DNA of 32,000 bases from Candidatus Saccharimonadota bacterium (GCA_003516025.1 CP023991.1:901374-933373); one strand, 5' to 3'; shown: positions 7,475 through 16,544, numbered from the stretch's first letter. Numbers and translations are program-made. Notes: generated from the sequence alone by a model not told the origin.

Positions 7475-9310
7475 TTAGCTCAGCGTTCGTAAAAACTCAG
7501 TGAGTTGATTAAGCGCTACTTTTTGCTCACCATCTTGCGTACGGACGCTGACTTCCTCGGCTTCAATATCTTTTGGACCGACTATCAGCTGCACCGGAAT
7601 TTTCATCTTCGTAGCTTCGCGGATCTTCTTACCAAGGCTCTCGCTGCGGCCGTCGACGCTATAGCGCAGCTCATTGTACTTAACCGGTTCCATAAGAAGT
7701 GTTTTGTCGAGTACTGATGTAATCTGATCTACATATTCCTGGACGCTGTCATTGATCGTCAGGATCCGGATCTGTTCCGGGGCCAGCCAGAATGGGAACC
7801 AGCCGGCAGTGTGCTCGATATAAACACTTAAGAAACGCTCGATAGATCCCAGCAAAGCGCAGTGGATCATAACCGGCCGTTGTTCCTGGCCTTCACTGTC
7901 AGTATAGGCAAGCTTAAAGCGTTCCGGTTGCACGAAATCGAGCTGCACGGTAGCAACTTGATGTTCCCGGCCAAGCGCGTCAGACGCCATAAAGTCGATT
8001 TTAGGACCGTAAAAGGCGGCTTCGCCGGCGGCTTCGAAGTAATTCAAGCTGTTCGCTTCGGCCAAATCACGGATCGTTTGCTGCGCCTGCTCCCATGCCG
8101 CCGGATCACCAAAATATTTATCGGATTCATCCCGAAAACTCAGCCGGGCCCGCAGTGCCATACCAAGCTGCTGATCGTACATGGCGTGAACATTTCCAAT
8201 TAATTGGCCGACGACCTGTTCGATCTGGTCAGGCCGGACGTACGCATGGCTATCATCCTGAGTAATGGAGCGTACCCGGCTAAGGCCGCCCAGTTCGCCG
8301 GTTTTTTCATCCCGGTATACAGTGGTGGTTTCAAAATACTTAATCGGCAGGTCTTTGTAGCTGCGTGGATTGGAAGCGTACACCTGATTATGATGCGGGC
8401 AGTTCATAGGCTTCAGCGCGAAATTATCCGAAGTCTCCTGGCTCTCGACTAAAAACAGTTCATCACCGAATTTATCCCAGTGGCCTGATACTTTATACAA
8501 ATCTGTTTTAGTTATATGCGGAATCGATACCCGCTCAAAGCCGCTTTGCCGGCGCAGCTGTTCGGCAAAGTTTGTCAGTTTTTCACGCAGTACCGTTCCA
8601 CGTGGGGTAAACAACGGCAAGCCCGCGCCTACCAGCTCGGAGAATGTGAACAGGTCTAATTCTTTGCCAAGTTTGCGGTGATCACGCCTTTTAGCCTCTT
8701 CCAGCATGCGTAAATAATCATCCAGCTCTTGCTCTGTTGTAAATGCTACACCATATAACCGCTGCATTTGCGCATTGTCCGCTTTACCACGCCAGTAAGC
8801 ACCCGCGACACGCATTAGCTTAAAAGCACCGACTATCCCTGTAGATTCTATGTGCGGACCACGGCATAAGTCCATAAAATCGCCATTTGAATAAAATGAC
8901 ACCTTTTCAACAACAGTTTTATTGTCCGTAGCTATCCCAAGCTGATCGGCATCGAGATCTTTAGCCGCAGTCGTACCTGCCCGCTTCAAGTCGTTAAGGA
9001 GCTCCTCTTTATACGGCTGCTTCCGTTCTTGGGCCCAGGCTATTGCTTCGTCAATTGGTTTTTCGGAGCGTTCCATCGGCTGGTTGGCGGCGATAACTTT
9101 ACGCATTTCTTTTTCGATACGTTTAAAGTCTTCCTCGCTGATAGTAGTTTCGCCAAGATCAATATCATAATAGAAGCCGTTTTCGACCGCCGGCCCCACC
9201 CCGAATTTCGCATCAGGCCATAAATGCTGAACCGCGGTTGCCATGATATGCGCTAATGTATGCCGCATCGGCGCTAGATCTTGATGGTTGTCAGGTTGTG
9301 ACTGTGGCAT
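7475..9310 (-). CDS. thrS: threonine--tRNA ligase lacking the N-terminal TGS domain
   Basis: Editing-domain HTLAH...FYYD and class II motifs (FRDE, MNCPHH, YRDE..GEL.GL.RVR.ITQDD.H, GSIERF) are present. ATG 9310 (MPQSQ...) is preferred over the longer ORF to 9367. Only 14 aa precede the editing domain. Confidence 0.92.
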   Translation of the reverse strand: MPQSQPDNHQDLAPMRHTLAHIMATAVQHLWPDAKFGVGPAVENGFYYDIDLGETTISEEDFKRIEKEMRKVIAANQPMERSEKPIDEAIAWAQERKQPYKEELLNDLKRAGTTAAKDLDADQLGIATDNKTVVEKVSFYSNGDFMDLCRGPHIESTGIVGAFKLMRVAGAYWRGKADNAQMQRLYGVAFTTEQELDDYLRMLEEAKRRDHRKLGKELDLFTFSELVGAGLPLFTPRGTVLREKLTNFAEQLRRQSGFERVSIPHITKTDLYKVSGHWDKFGDELFLVESQETSDNFALKPMNCPHHNQVYASNPRSYKDLPIKYFETTTVYRDEKTGELGGLSRVRSITQDDSHAYVRPDQIEQVVGQLIGNVHAMYDQQLGMALRARLSFRDESDKYFGDPAAWEQAQQTIRDLAEANSLNYFEAAGEAAFYGPKIDFMASDALGREHQVATVQLDFVQPERFKLAYTDSEGQEQRPVMIHCALLGSIERFLSVYIEHTAGWFPFWLAPEQIRILTINDSVQEYVDQITSVLDKTLLMEPVKYNELRYSVDGRSESLGKKIREATKMKIPVQLIVGPKDIEAEEVSVRTQDGEQKVALNQLTEFLRTLS

Positions 9311-9333
9311 ATTTTTTGTCCTTAGGTTTTTAA

Positions 9334-9395
9334 TTATAAAAATAGCGCCCGAAAGTACCAGTATCAAATAGATATTGACAGTACTTTTAGCGCGC
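9334..9395 (-). terminator. terminator-like hairpin immediately upstream of thrS (possible attenuator)
   Basis: Minus strand: GCGC..AAAGTAC ... GTACTTT..GCGC, followed by TATTTTTATAA. A TATAAT within the T-run could also serve as the thrS -10. Confidence 0.45.
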
Positions 9396-9441
9396 CTCGG
9401 GTCAAAACATAATGTCGCAAAATATGTAAAATTGCGGCTGT

Positions 9442-9458
9442 CTCGACGGTTCCACCGG
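9442..9458 (-). promoter_or_regulatory. T-box-like core motif (tentative)
   Basis: The minus strand reads CCGGTGGAACCGTCGAG, against the T-box core GGGUGGNACCGCG. The UGGA would pair with the UCCA-3' of the U73 tRNA-Thr at 13233..13308. I could not fold a canonical antiterminator by eye. Confidence 0.3.
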
Positions 9459-9640
9459 ACATTTCACTCATGGCAGTTTGTTTTCGTACAAGCTGACGTA
9501 TAAACGAAGCTCCGCGGTTGGTGAGTCCGCATCGTCACTCGCCTATCAGTATACCACCGACTATAGTGGAGTTAAAGTAGTTGCGACGTACTATTTCCGT
9601 CATCAATATAACAACAGCCTGTCGTATTAACTCTGTAGTA

Positions 9641-9693
9641 GACAAACAAAAAGAGCGATTCAGGAATCTCGCAGTGATCCTTAATCGCTCTTT
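9641..9693 (-). terminator. strong terminator-like hairpin inside the thrS upstream region
   Basis: 11-bp stem AAAGAGCGATT/AATCGCTCTTT (9693..9683 / 9660..9650 on the minus strand), followed by TTGTTTG. The loop can extend the pairing (AGGATC/GATTCCT). Confidence 0.5.
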
Positions 9694-10186
9694 CCGGGAA
9701 AAGCATCCCGCAAAACTCACCTACAAGTAGTATACCAAGCTTAGTATTATACGGCTAGTACATTTGTATTGTTTTTTGTACATATGCGCATGTGTATAAG
9801 TACTGTCTGGCTATACTTTATATGACGTTTTTAATGTAGCAGGTGGTAGTAATAACTTACAGTTGAAGACCGCATGTAAAACATGTGCGCGTTCATACTG
9901 TCCATTCTTAACCCACATAGTCATTGTATACAATTTTTTTTGGCATGAAAATTGCTAATGGTTACTCTGGATGCGCGCCAGTCCTACAGTGAACACATTT
10001 AGAGGTAAGCAAGATACGGCGCATACTAACATAGACCACGTATGCCCACTATGGCTCCAGCCAGGCTTGGTGCTTGGCGCTTCCACCAACGACGCGGCCG
10101 GGGAAGGAATAAAAGACCGAGCTACGCGCGTATCCGGTTGAACATATTTTATGTAATGAACATAATGGCAGGCACTCGAAACACGC

Positions 10187-10225
10187 TAAAAAAGCAAAAA
10201 GACCCGCAAAGCGGGTCTTTTTGCT
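10187..10225 (-). terminator. intrinsic terminator after tRNA-Val
   Basis: GCAAAAAGACCCGC AAA GCGGGTCTTTTTGC forms a 14-bp stem, followed on the minus strand by TTTTT. Confidence 0.75.
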
Positions 10226-10302
10226 TGGTGGGCGATATAGGATTCGAACCTATCACCTTCGCAACGTCAATGCGACGCTCTAGCCAAATGAGCTAATCAC
10301 CC
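10226..10302 (-). tRNA. tRNA-Val (anticodon GAC)
   Basis: Hand-folded cloverleaf. Acceptor GGGTGAT/ATCGCCC, anticodon loop TTGACGT, T-loop TTCGAAT, encoded CCA. Confidence 0.9.
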
Positions 10303-10323
10303 TTAAATGTAACGAACAGTAAA

Positions 10324-10352
10324 ACTATAACGTAACAGAGGTTATTTTGCAA
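10324..10352 (-). promoter_or_regulatory. promoter for tRNA-Val
   Basis: Minus strand: TTGCAA (10352..10347), 17 nt spacer, TATAGT (10329..10324), about 20 nt upstream of the tRNA 5' end. Confidence 0.55.
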
Positions 10353-10404
10353 TGCTTAAGAGATATATAATTCCAAGCATAAGCTTTACAAATGCCCGGT
10401 TATA

Positions 10405-10433
10405 TTGACATATATACCGGTTTGCTGTATCCT
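10405..10433 (+). promoter_or_regulatory. candidate promoter of an unannotated transcript upstream of nrdR
   Basis: TTGACA (10405-10410), 17 nt spacer, TATCCT (10428-10433). It is embedded in the imperfect inverted repeat CCGGTTATAT..ATATATACCGG. Confidence 0.4.
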
Positions 10434-10439
10434 AGATAA

Positions 10440-10630
10440 GTTAAACAAAGGATTTTGGTGAGTACCAACAAGCAACCAGTGCTTGATGGGTTTAAGCTTT
10501 TTTACGAAGAGCTTTCTCCATCCAGTATAACAACCCGCATTCGCCGCAAGCGCATAGCGGACTAAGCAAGAAGACCACCGTAAAAGGCCGGATCAACGAC
10601 TAAAATCGTGATCCGGCCTTTGCATTTATC
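10440..10630 (+). ncRNA. candidate structured small RNA or nrdR 5' leader (family unknown)
   Basis: Bounded by the promoter above and by a terminator AAGGCCGGATCA(A)CGA..TCGTGATCCGGCCTT (10584-10620) plus a T-rich tail. Internal helices include GATGG..AAGCT..AGCTT..CCATC and CCGC..CGC-CGCAA-GCG..GCGG. The only internal ATG ORF I found is 14 codons, with no SD. Confidence 0.35.
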
Positions 10631-10688
10631 CCCTTTTGTTAATGTTTATACACTTGCTTTATAAATGGCGGAATGACAACATGTAGCT

Positions 10689-11105
10689 ATGGTTTGTATT
10701 TATTGTAGCGCCAAAACCCGGATATCCAACTCCCGCCGCCAGCTACGGAGCAATAATGTCTGGCGGCGGCGGAACTGTACGCGCTGCGGCGCTATCTTTA
10801 GTACCAGTGAACAAGTCGATTATGAAAAATCGATAGTCGTACAATCCACCGACGGCCGGCTGTCCCCCTTTTTGCGGGATAAGCTATTTGCCAGTATTTA
10901 TCGCAGTTGCCAGCACCGGCCGTCCTGCCTCACCGATACCGTTGGACTCACTGCCACGGTGACCGCTCGAGTGTGGCGCCTGAGCCAGCATGGTAAACTC
11001 GAGTCGATAGTTTTAGCGCGGACAACACTGGAAGTACTCACCCGTTTCGACCGGGCAGCTGCCGTTTCTTATGCCGCCTTCCATAGCGACACTGCATCAT
11101 CGTAA
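10689..11105 (+). CDS. nrdR: NrdR-family transcriptional repressor (zinc ribbon plus divergent ATP-cone)
   Basis: The N-terminus has C.YC....R..NSRR........RRR.C..CG..F.T.E, the four-Cys zinc ribbon typical of NrdR. 138 aa. Confidence 0.8.
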   Translation: MVCIYCSAKTRISNSRRQLRSNNVWRRRNCTRCGAIFSTSEQVDYEKSIVVQSTDGRLSPFLRDKLFASIYRSCQHRPSCLTDTVGLTATVTARVWRLSQHGKLESIVLARTTLEVLTRFDRAAAVSYAAFHSDTASS

Positions 11106-11115
11106 GCTGTCGAGC

Positions 11116-12741
11116 CTACTCTTTAGTATCGTGTGAAATCGTCTCTCCGCTGGCAGTGACGACCGCCTTCTCAGTGACATCGAACTTATCGAGGTACTTA
11201 CCGAACATCAAACGAGTCTGAGAATACAGGGCGGCGAAGGCACCGAACGCGATAGTGGTAACTGGCAGGAACACCCATTGCAACAGCATAAACACTGTAC
11301 GGTGGCGCTTATACCGTTCGGGCTTGGGCGGCAGGGTTTTAAAACAGATGAATAACGAGGCGCTTAAGCCGATCAGGGCGACAGTTTGAATGTTACTGAC
11401 GATAATCGGAATCTCATTGGCAGCGTAACTGTCATGGTGGATCAGCCCCGGAATGAAACCGGCAGTAGCAGATATAATAGCGCCTACCGCCCAGGTAACA
11501 TGACCCTCGATCAGGCGCAGCGTTTTAGTGACCATATCGTAACGTGGAACTTTGTTCTTCATAAAGAAACCATGCGTCACTACATAAGCGATGTCAGACG
11601 CGCCATAGGTCCAACGCCGCAACTGGATAAACTGGGCCTTAAAAGTCTTAAGGTAACCGTCCGCCAATACGGCGTCCTGGTAAATCGGTACGTACAGGGG
11701 GATCACCCGGTAATTGCCGTCGTAACGGAAGTAGGAGCGCCAGAACTGGTGGCCGTCTTCGACAATGGTACGGACACTCCAAAAGTCAGTTTCAATCAGG
11801 GCAGCCATACTCTGGGCATGGGCCGAGAAGTTGCGCAGCATATGAGGGCGCAGCGCCAGCACGATATTATAGTAAGTATTGCCGGTAGCGATCACCCGCA
11901 TTGGTGCCGGGGCATCCCAGATGTTGTTAGTGTACATACTGATGGGCTGAATAGAGATATGCAGCGGATCAGGATAGACGCAGTACATATAGGTTAATGC
12001 CGGCAGGTAATTTTTGTCAGGACGGTTATCGGCGTCGAGCGTGGTAACGATAACGTTTTTAGGATCAATCTGTTCCTTTTCAAGATGACTTTGCAAGACC
12101 CGTCCAGCATACGTAATGTTACCGCCCTTGCCGCGGATTTCACCTTCAATGTCAGCCGGGTGTTGTACCGCAATAGCGAACTTAAAGGTGTCTTTATACT
12201 GAGCAATTAATTCCTTGGCCTGCCGGGCCACCTGTTGGCCACCCCGCTCTTCGTAGGCCAAAACCAGAATGACCTTTTTCATGTCATAATCAGAGTTAAC
12301 TACCGATTTAATAGTCGGCTCCAGTACTTCACGGCTTTCATTGTAGGTAGCGATCATGACAGCATGAACCACTTCGCTCGGCTTAATAAGCGCCGGTTTT
12401 ACCTTGAATGCCAGCAGGTTATTAATATGCCACTTTGGCCGCTTGGCATGCGGCGATATAACTTCCCCGCTCTCCAACTCGTCCAGCATATCGCGCCAGG
12501 GCATGCGGCGCTGCTTAGACATAAGGTTATAGCCCTGGAAAGCTCTGACGTTAACCCCCATGGAGCGTACAAAGAAGATCAGCAAATAGGCCAGGATAAA
12601 CACCGAGGCAAACGTGACGTTAATCAGGCTAAGAATGAGCGGCAGGAACAGCATGGTCCAGCTGAGAGCGCCTGGCAGGATTTCAAAAAAGCGATACAGG
12701 CGGCCGCGGTCTTGCTTGTAGGGGATTTCAATATCAGTCAT
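11116..12741 (-). CDS. membrane-embedded processive family-2 glycosyltransferase (cellulose/chitin/PNAG-synthase-like)
   Basis: Motifs ATYNES, TLDADN (DxD) and QLRRW (QxxRW) are present, with TM segments at both ends. Confidence 0.85.
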   Translation of the reverse strand: MTDIEIPYKQDRGRLYRFFEILPGALSWTMLFLPLILSLINVTFASVFILAYLLIFFVRSMGVNVRAFQGYNLMSKQRRMPWRDMLDELESGEVISPHAKRPKWHINNLLAFKVKPALIKPSEVVHAVMIATYNESREVLEPTIKSVVNSDYDMKKVILVLAYEERGGQQVARQAKELIAQYKDTFKFAIAVQHPADIEGEIRGKGGNITYAGRVLQSHLEKEQIDPKNVIVTTLDADNRPDKNYLPALTYMYCVYPDPLHISIQPISMYTNNIWDAPAPMRVIATGNTYYNIVLALRPHMLRNFSAHAQSMAALIETDFWSVRTIVEDGHQFWRSYFRYDGNYRVIPLYVPIYQDAVLADGYLKTFKAQFIQLRRWTYGASDIAYVVTHGFFMKNKVPRYDMVTKTLRLIEGHVTWAVGAIISATAGFIPGLIHHDSYAANEIPIIVSNIQTVALIGLSASLFICFKTLPPKPERYKRHRTVFMLLQWVFLPVTTIAFGAFAALYSQTRLMFGKYLDKFDVTEKAVVTASGETISHDTKE

Positions 12742-12746
12742 GCGAA

Positions 12747-13103
12747 CTACCGTAATACCAATAACGCGTTACTTACTATAAGAGCGACAAGCAGCAATAA
12801 AATACCAAGCATAAGTATGATTATCGATACCTCACGGCGAATCGGGTAGGCTTTGATGCTCAGAATCACATGCATCGCCAATACTAGAATCGCGAAGCCA
12901 ATGAAAGCTATGATGTCACCCATACCACCGGTTTTCAGCGCGCTGATACCCAGCGCGGCCCGGTACTGGACGATGTAGCCCACGCTGCGGCCAGGATCGA
13001 GCTTAAAAATGACCCATATACTGGTCAAGACCGCCAAAAAAGCGTTTACGCTCAGTAAAAGCAATACCAAGCGGTCTTGAAGATAGCGTTTCGGGATAGT
13101 CAT
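12747..13103 (-). CDS. small multi-pass membrane protein, unknown function
   Basis: Three to four predicted hydrophobic helices. It lies 5 nt upstream of the GT2 gene. ATG 13103 is preferred over the TTG at 13136, which abuts tRNA-Gly. Confidence 0.55.
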   Translation of the reverse strand: MTIPKRYLQDRLVLLLLSVNAFLAVLTSIWVIFKLDPGRSVGYIVQYRAALGISALKTGGMGDIIAFIGFAILVLAMHVILSIKAYPIRREVSIIILMLGILLLLVALIVSNALLVLR

Positions 13104-13139
13104 AACGTTAGTACCTATTGTACCACTGGAAGTCAAAAT

Positions 13140-13214
13140 TGGTGCGGGTAGAGAGAATCGAACTCTCCTCTCGACCTTGGGAAGGTCGCATATTAGCCAC
13201 TATACGATACCCGC
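13140..13214 (-). tRNA. tRNA-Gly (anticodon CCC)
   Basis: Acceptor GCGGGTA/TACCCGC, anticodon stem CGACC/GGTCG with loop TTCCCAA, T-loop TTCGATT, encoded CCA. Confidence 0.9.
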
Positions 13215-13232
13215 CTGCTTACGAATATAAAA

Positions 13233-13308
13233 TGGAGCCGACAAGCGGGATCGAACCGCTGACCTGCGCGTTACGAATGCGCTGCTCTACCTACTGAGCT
13301 ATGTCGGC
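13233..13308 (-). tRNA. tRNA-Thr (anticodon CGT), discriminator U73
   Basis: Acceptor GCCGACA/TGTCGGC, anticodon loop TTCGTAA, T-loop TTCGATC, then T + CCA at the 3' end. Confidence 0.9.
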
Positions 13309-13324
13309 ATTATGGACAAAAAAT

Positions 13325-13333
13325 AGTATACCA
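13325..13333 (-). promoter_or_regulatory. extended -10 promoter for the tRNA-Thr/tRNA-Gly unit
   Basis: The minus strand reads TGGTATACT (TGn + TATACT), about 17 nt upstream of the tRNA-Thr 5' end. Confidence 0.45.
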
Positions 13334-13382
13334 CAGTGCTGCCGTCCCATTTTTCGGAGATTGCCCGGCACAATCGAAAACT

Positions 13383-13413
13383 TTGCAAAATATACCCCCG
13401 GGGGGTATATTTT
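13383..13413 (+). promoter_or_regulatory. promoter with an overlapping CsoR/RcnR-type palindromic operator
   Basis: TTGCAA (13383-13388), 17 nt spacer, TATATT (13406-13411). The spacer is filled by the perfect palindrome AAATATACCCCC-G-GGGGGTATATTT (13387-13413, 13-bp arms). Confidence 0.7.
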
Positions 13414-13450
13414 AAATAGATACAGGTAAGACCGGGAGGGATAAGACACA

Positions 13451-13921
13451 GTGGAAGGAAACGAACTTAATAGAATGGCCGTACAGGCCACCCTACACTG
13501 CCTTACAGGCTGTGCAATCGGTGAAATTGCCGGACTGGTACTTGGTACGGCTTTAGGATGGAATAACGCTACTACTATCATCGTCGCTATAACATTGGCG
13601 TTTATAACTGGATATGCCCTTTCCAGTGTACCGCTCATACGCGGCGGACTGGCGCTCAAGACAGCCCTTGTAACTGTTTTAGCAGCCGATACGGTTTCTA
13701 TCCTCACTATGGAAATCGTCGACAATGCCGTCCAGGTGGCCATTCCCGGTGCCATGGGCGCCGGTTTGGATAACTGGCTTTTCTGGGCGACCCTGCCCCT
13801 TGCCCTTGGCGTGGCATTTATCGCCGCGGTGCCGGTTAACAAATATCTGCTCAAGCGGGGCAAGGGGCATGCCCTCACCCACCACGTCCATGGAGCGCAC
13901 GAGGAGCATCATCATGAATAA
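13451..13921 (+). CDS. DUF4396-family membrane protein with a His-rich C-terminal tail
   Basis: LHCLTGCAIGEI motif, 4 TM helices, tail THHVHGAHEEHHHE. GGGAGGG SD lies upstream of GTG 13451; ATG 13475 is an alternative start. Confidence 0.7.
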   Translation: MEGNELNRMAVQATLHCLTGCAIGEIAGLVLGTALGWNNATTIIVAITLAFITGYALSSVPLIRGGLALKTALVTVLAADTVSILTMEIVDNAVQVAIPGAMGAGLDNWLFWATLPLALGVAFIAAVPVNKYLLKRGKGHALTHHVHGAHEEHHHE

Positions 13922-14192
13922 ACTGCAATACATACGCGATAAACGAGCACTATTAGGACGCCTGAACCGCGTCGAAGGTCAGGTACGGGGCATTAGCCGG
14001 ATGGTGGCACTAGAAGACGACAGTATGGATATCGTGACTCAAATAAGCGCCACAAAAGCAGCGCTTAATAAGATAGCTCTGGAGTTGGTCCGCGACAATG
14101 CCTGCCGCTGCGCGCCAACTGACAAAAGCAGCGACTCGGATAGCGAACAGCAGGTCGAGCAAATTATTACCGCTTTGAAACGGCTTGGTTAA
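13914..14192 (+). CDS. CsoR/RcnR-family (DUF156) metal- or stress-sensing repressor with non-canonical ligand positions
   Basis: 92 aa. L.RL.RVEGQVRGI.RMV....D..DI.TQISA...AL is the family signature. The start overlaps the DUF4396 stop by 8 nt. It is an internal part of ORF-track entry 13725..14192. Confidence 0.8.
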   Translation: MNKLQYIRDKRALLGRLNRVEGQVRGISRMVALEDDSMDIVTQISATKAALNKIALELVRDNACRCAPTDKSSDSDSEQQVEQIITALKRLG

Positions 14193-14811
14193 GCTTTACC
14201 GCCAGCGTTACGGATTTCTTTGCTTATAACTCTGCCGTCATCGGAGATCTCGTAAACTACTACTTCGCCGGTACCGATTTCAAGTTCATGCACGTTATCA
14301 TCATCAACGTGGTCCAGGTGCTTCATGAGCGCTCGCAGCGTATTGCCGTGAGCGGCTACGATCACATTTTTCCCTTCCCGGAGATCCTTTTCGATGCGCT
14401 GTTCGTAATACGGTAACGCCCGGGCGTGTACATCCTTTAAGGTCTCGCCATTTGGTACCGGATGATCCCAGTTGCGACGCAATTTCGTAAACTCCTCTTC
14501 GCCGATCTGCTCTTTGATTTCCCATTTGTTTTTAGCAGTGTAATCGCCGTAATCACGCTCGTTAAGAGCTTCATGCTGCTCGGTTTCCAGTTCCGTGTGG
14601 CCAAGTGCTGTTTTAATTTCATGCAGGGTTTGCTGGGCGCGCTGCAGCTGGGAGGTATACGCTTTGTGAAGCGTAATATCCCGCAAATGGCCGGCGGCCT
14701 TGCGGGCCTCTTTCCGGCCCTGATCAGTCAGTGCTACATCGCGGTGGCCAGTCCACAAGCCGAGGGCATTCCATTCCGATTGGCCATGCCGCACAAGCAC
14801 GAGATAAGCCA

Positions 14812-14812
<1 letters not shown>
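14189..14812 (-). CDS. gpmA: 2,3-bisphosphoglycerate-dependent phosphoglycerate mutase (histidine phosphatase family)
   Basis: LVLVRHGQSEWN...WTG motif. TAATG overlap with the eno stop. Confidence 0.8.
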
Positions 14813-16122
<1,310 letters not shown>

Positions 16123-16142
16123 TTACTTATCCATTCTACGCC

Positions 16143-16544
16143 TTAAGCTTCGTTTTGGGGCGCGCAAACAACGATAACCCGATCTGTCTCGTCGTACTGG
16201 CTGGGGTCAACTTGCGAACCCAGCACCAGGCAGGCGTCACCTTTTTCTTCCACCGCGACTATTGGAGCTTGGCCGGTACCAATGGCAGACATGTCAATCG
16301 GCCCGTCGCATGTTGCCGGCCCGTACGTTCCATGCTGTATCAGGTCGGTTATATTGACGCCAAGCTTTTCAGCCATCACATCGAGATCAAAATTGAATGG
16401 CACGTTCGTCCACTGGTCCGCGTGATCAGCCGTACAACTGATTTGACCCGCCTCATTGTCCGAGCCGCAACCTGTGATACCAACTACGCCGAGAGCGCCA
16501 ATAAGCACGCCCGCGTACAACCTTTGTCTACCGAATTCACTCAT
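16143..16544 (-). CDS. putative lipoprotein (133 aa)
   Basis: Signal peptide with lipobox GITGC. GGAGA SD lies upstream of ATG 16544. The longer ORF to 16640 is unlikely. Confidence 0.65.
   Translation of the reverse strand: MSEFGRQRLYAGVLIGALGVVGITGCGSDNEAGQISCTADHADQWTNVPFNFDLDVMAEKLGVNITDLIQHGTYGPATCDGPIDMSAIGTGQAPIVAVEEKGDACLVLGSQVDPSQYDETDRVIVVCAPQNEA

Noticed and set aside
9535-9720. 61-aa GTG-initiated ORF in the thrS upstream region
   Set aside because: It reads straight through two strong RNA hairpins, has no SD and has odd composition. The region is better explained as structured RNA.
9311-10186. tmRNA, SRP RNA or oriC in the long non-coding stretch
   Set aside because: There is no tRNA-like T-arm (GGTTCGAnTCC) outside the annotated tRNAs, and no tag reading frame ending in Ala-Ala-stop. 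There is no SRP helix-8 GGAA/AGCA motif and no TTATCCACA-type DnaA boxes. Only cmscan could settle this properly.
10042-10296. 84-aa ORF on the plus strand
   Set aside because: It runs antisense through tRNA-Val and its terminator. Its composition is Arg/Gly-rich and no SD is present.
11386-12849. 203-aa and 204-aa plus-strand ORFs opposite the GT2 gene
   Set aside because: The GT2 frame carries unmistakable catalytic motifs. The antisense frames have no motifs and no SD.
13291-13878. 195-aa ORF antisense to the DUF4396 gene (also 13679..13933)
   Set aside because: It is a shadow ORF of a GC-rich membrane-protein gene, Ala/Pro/Arg/Ser-rich. It also overlaps tRNA-Thr and the operator region.
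14189-14192. Convergent csoR-like and gpmA genes share a palindromic TTAA so that their stop codons overlap, with no terminator between them
   Set aside because: The overlap is real in the sequence but is most simply a consequence of genome compaction. No further structure was seen.
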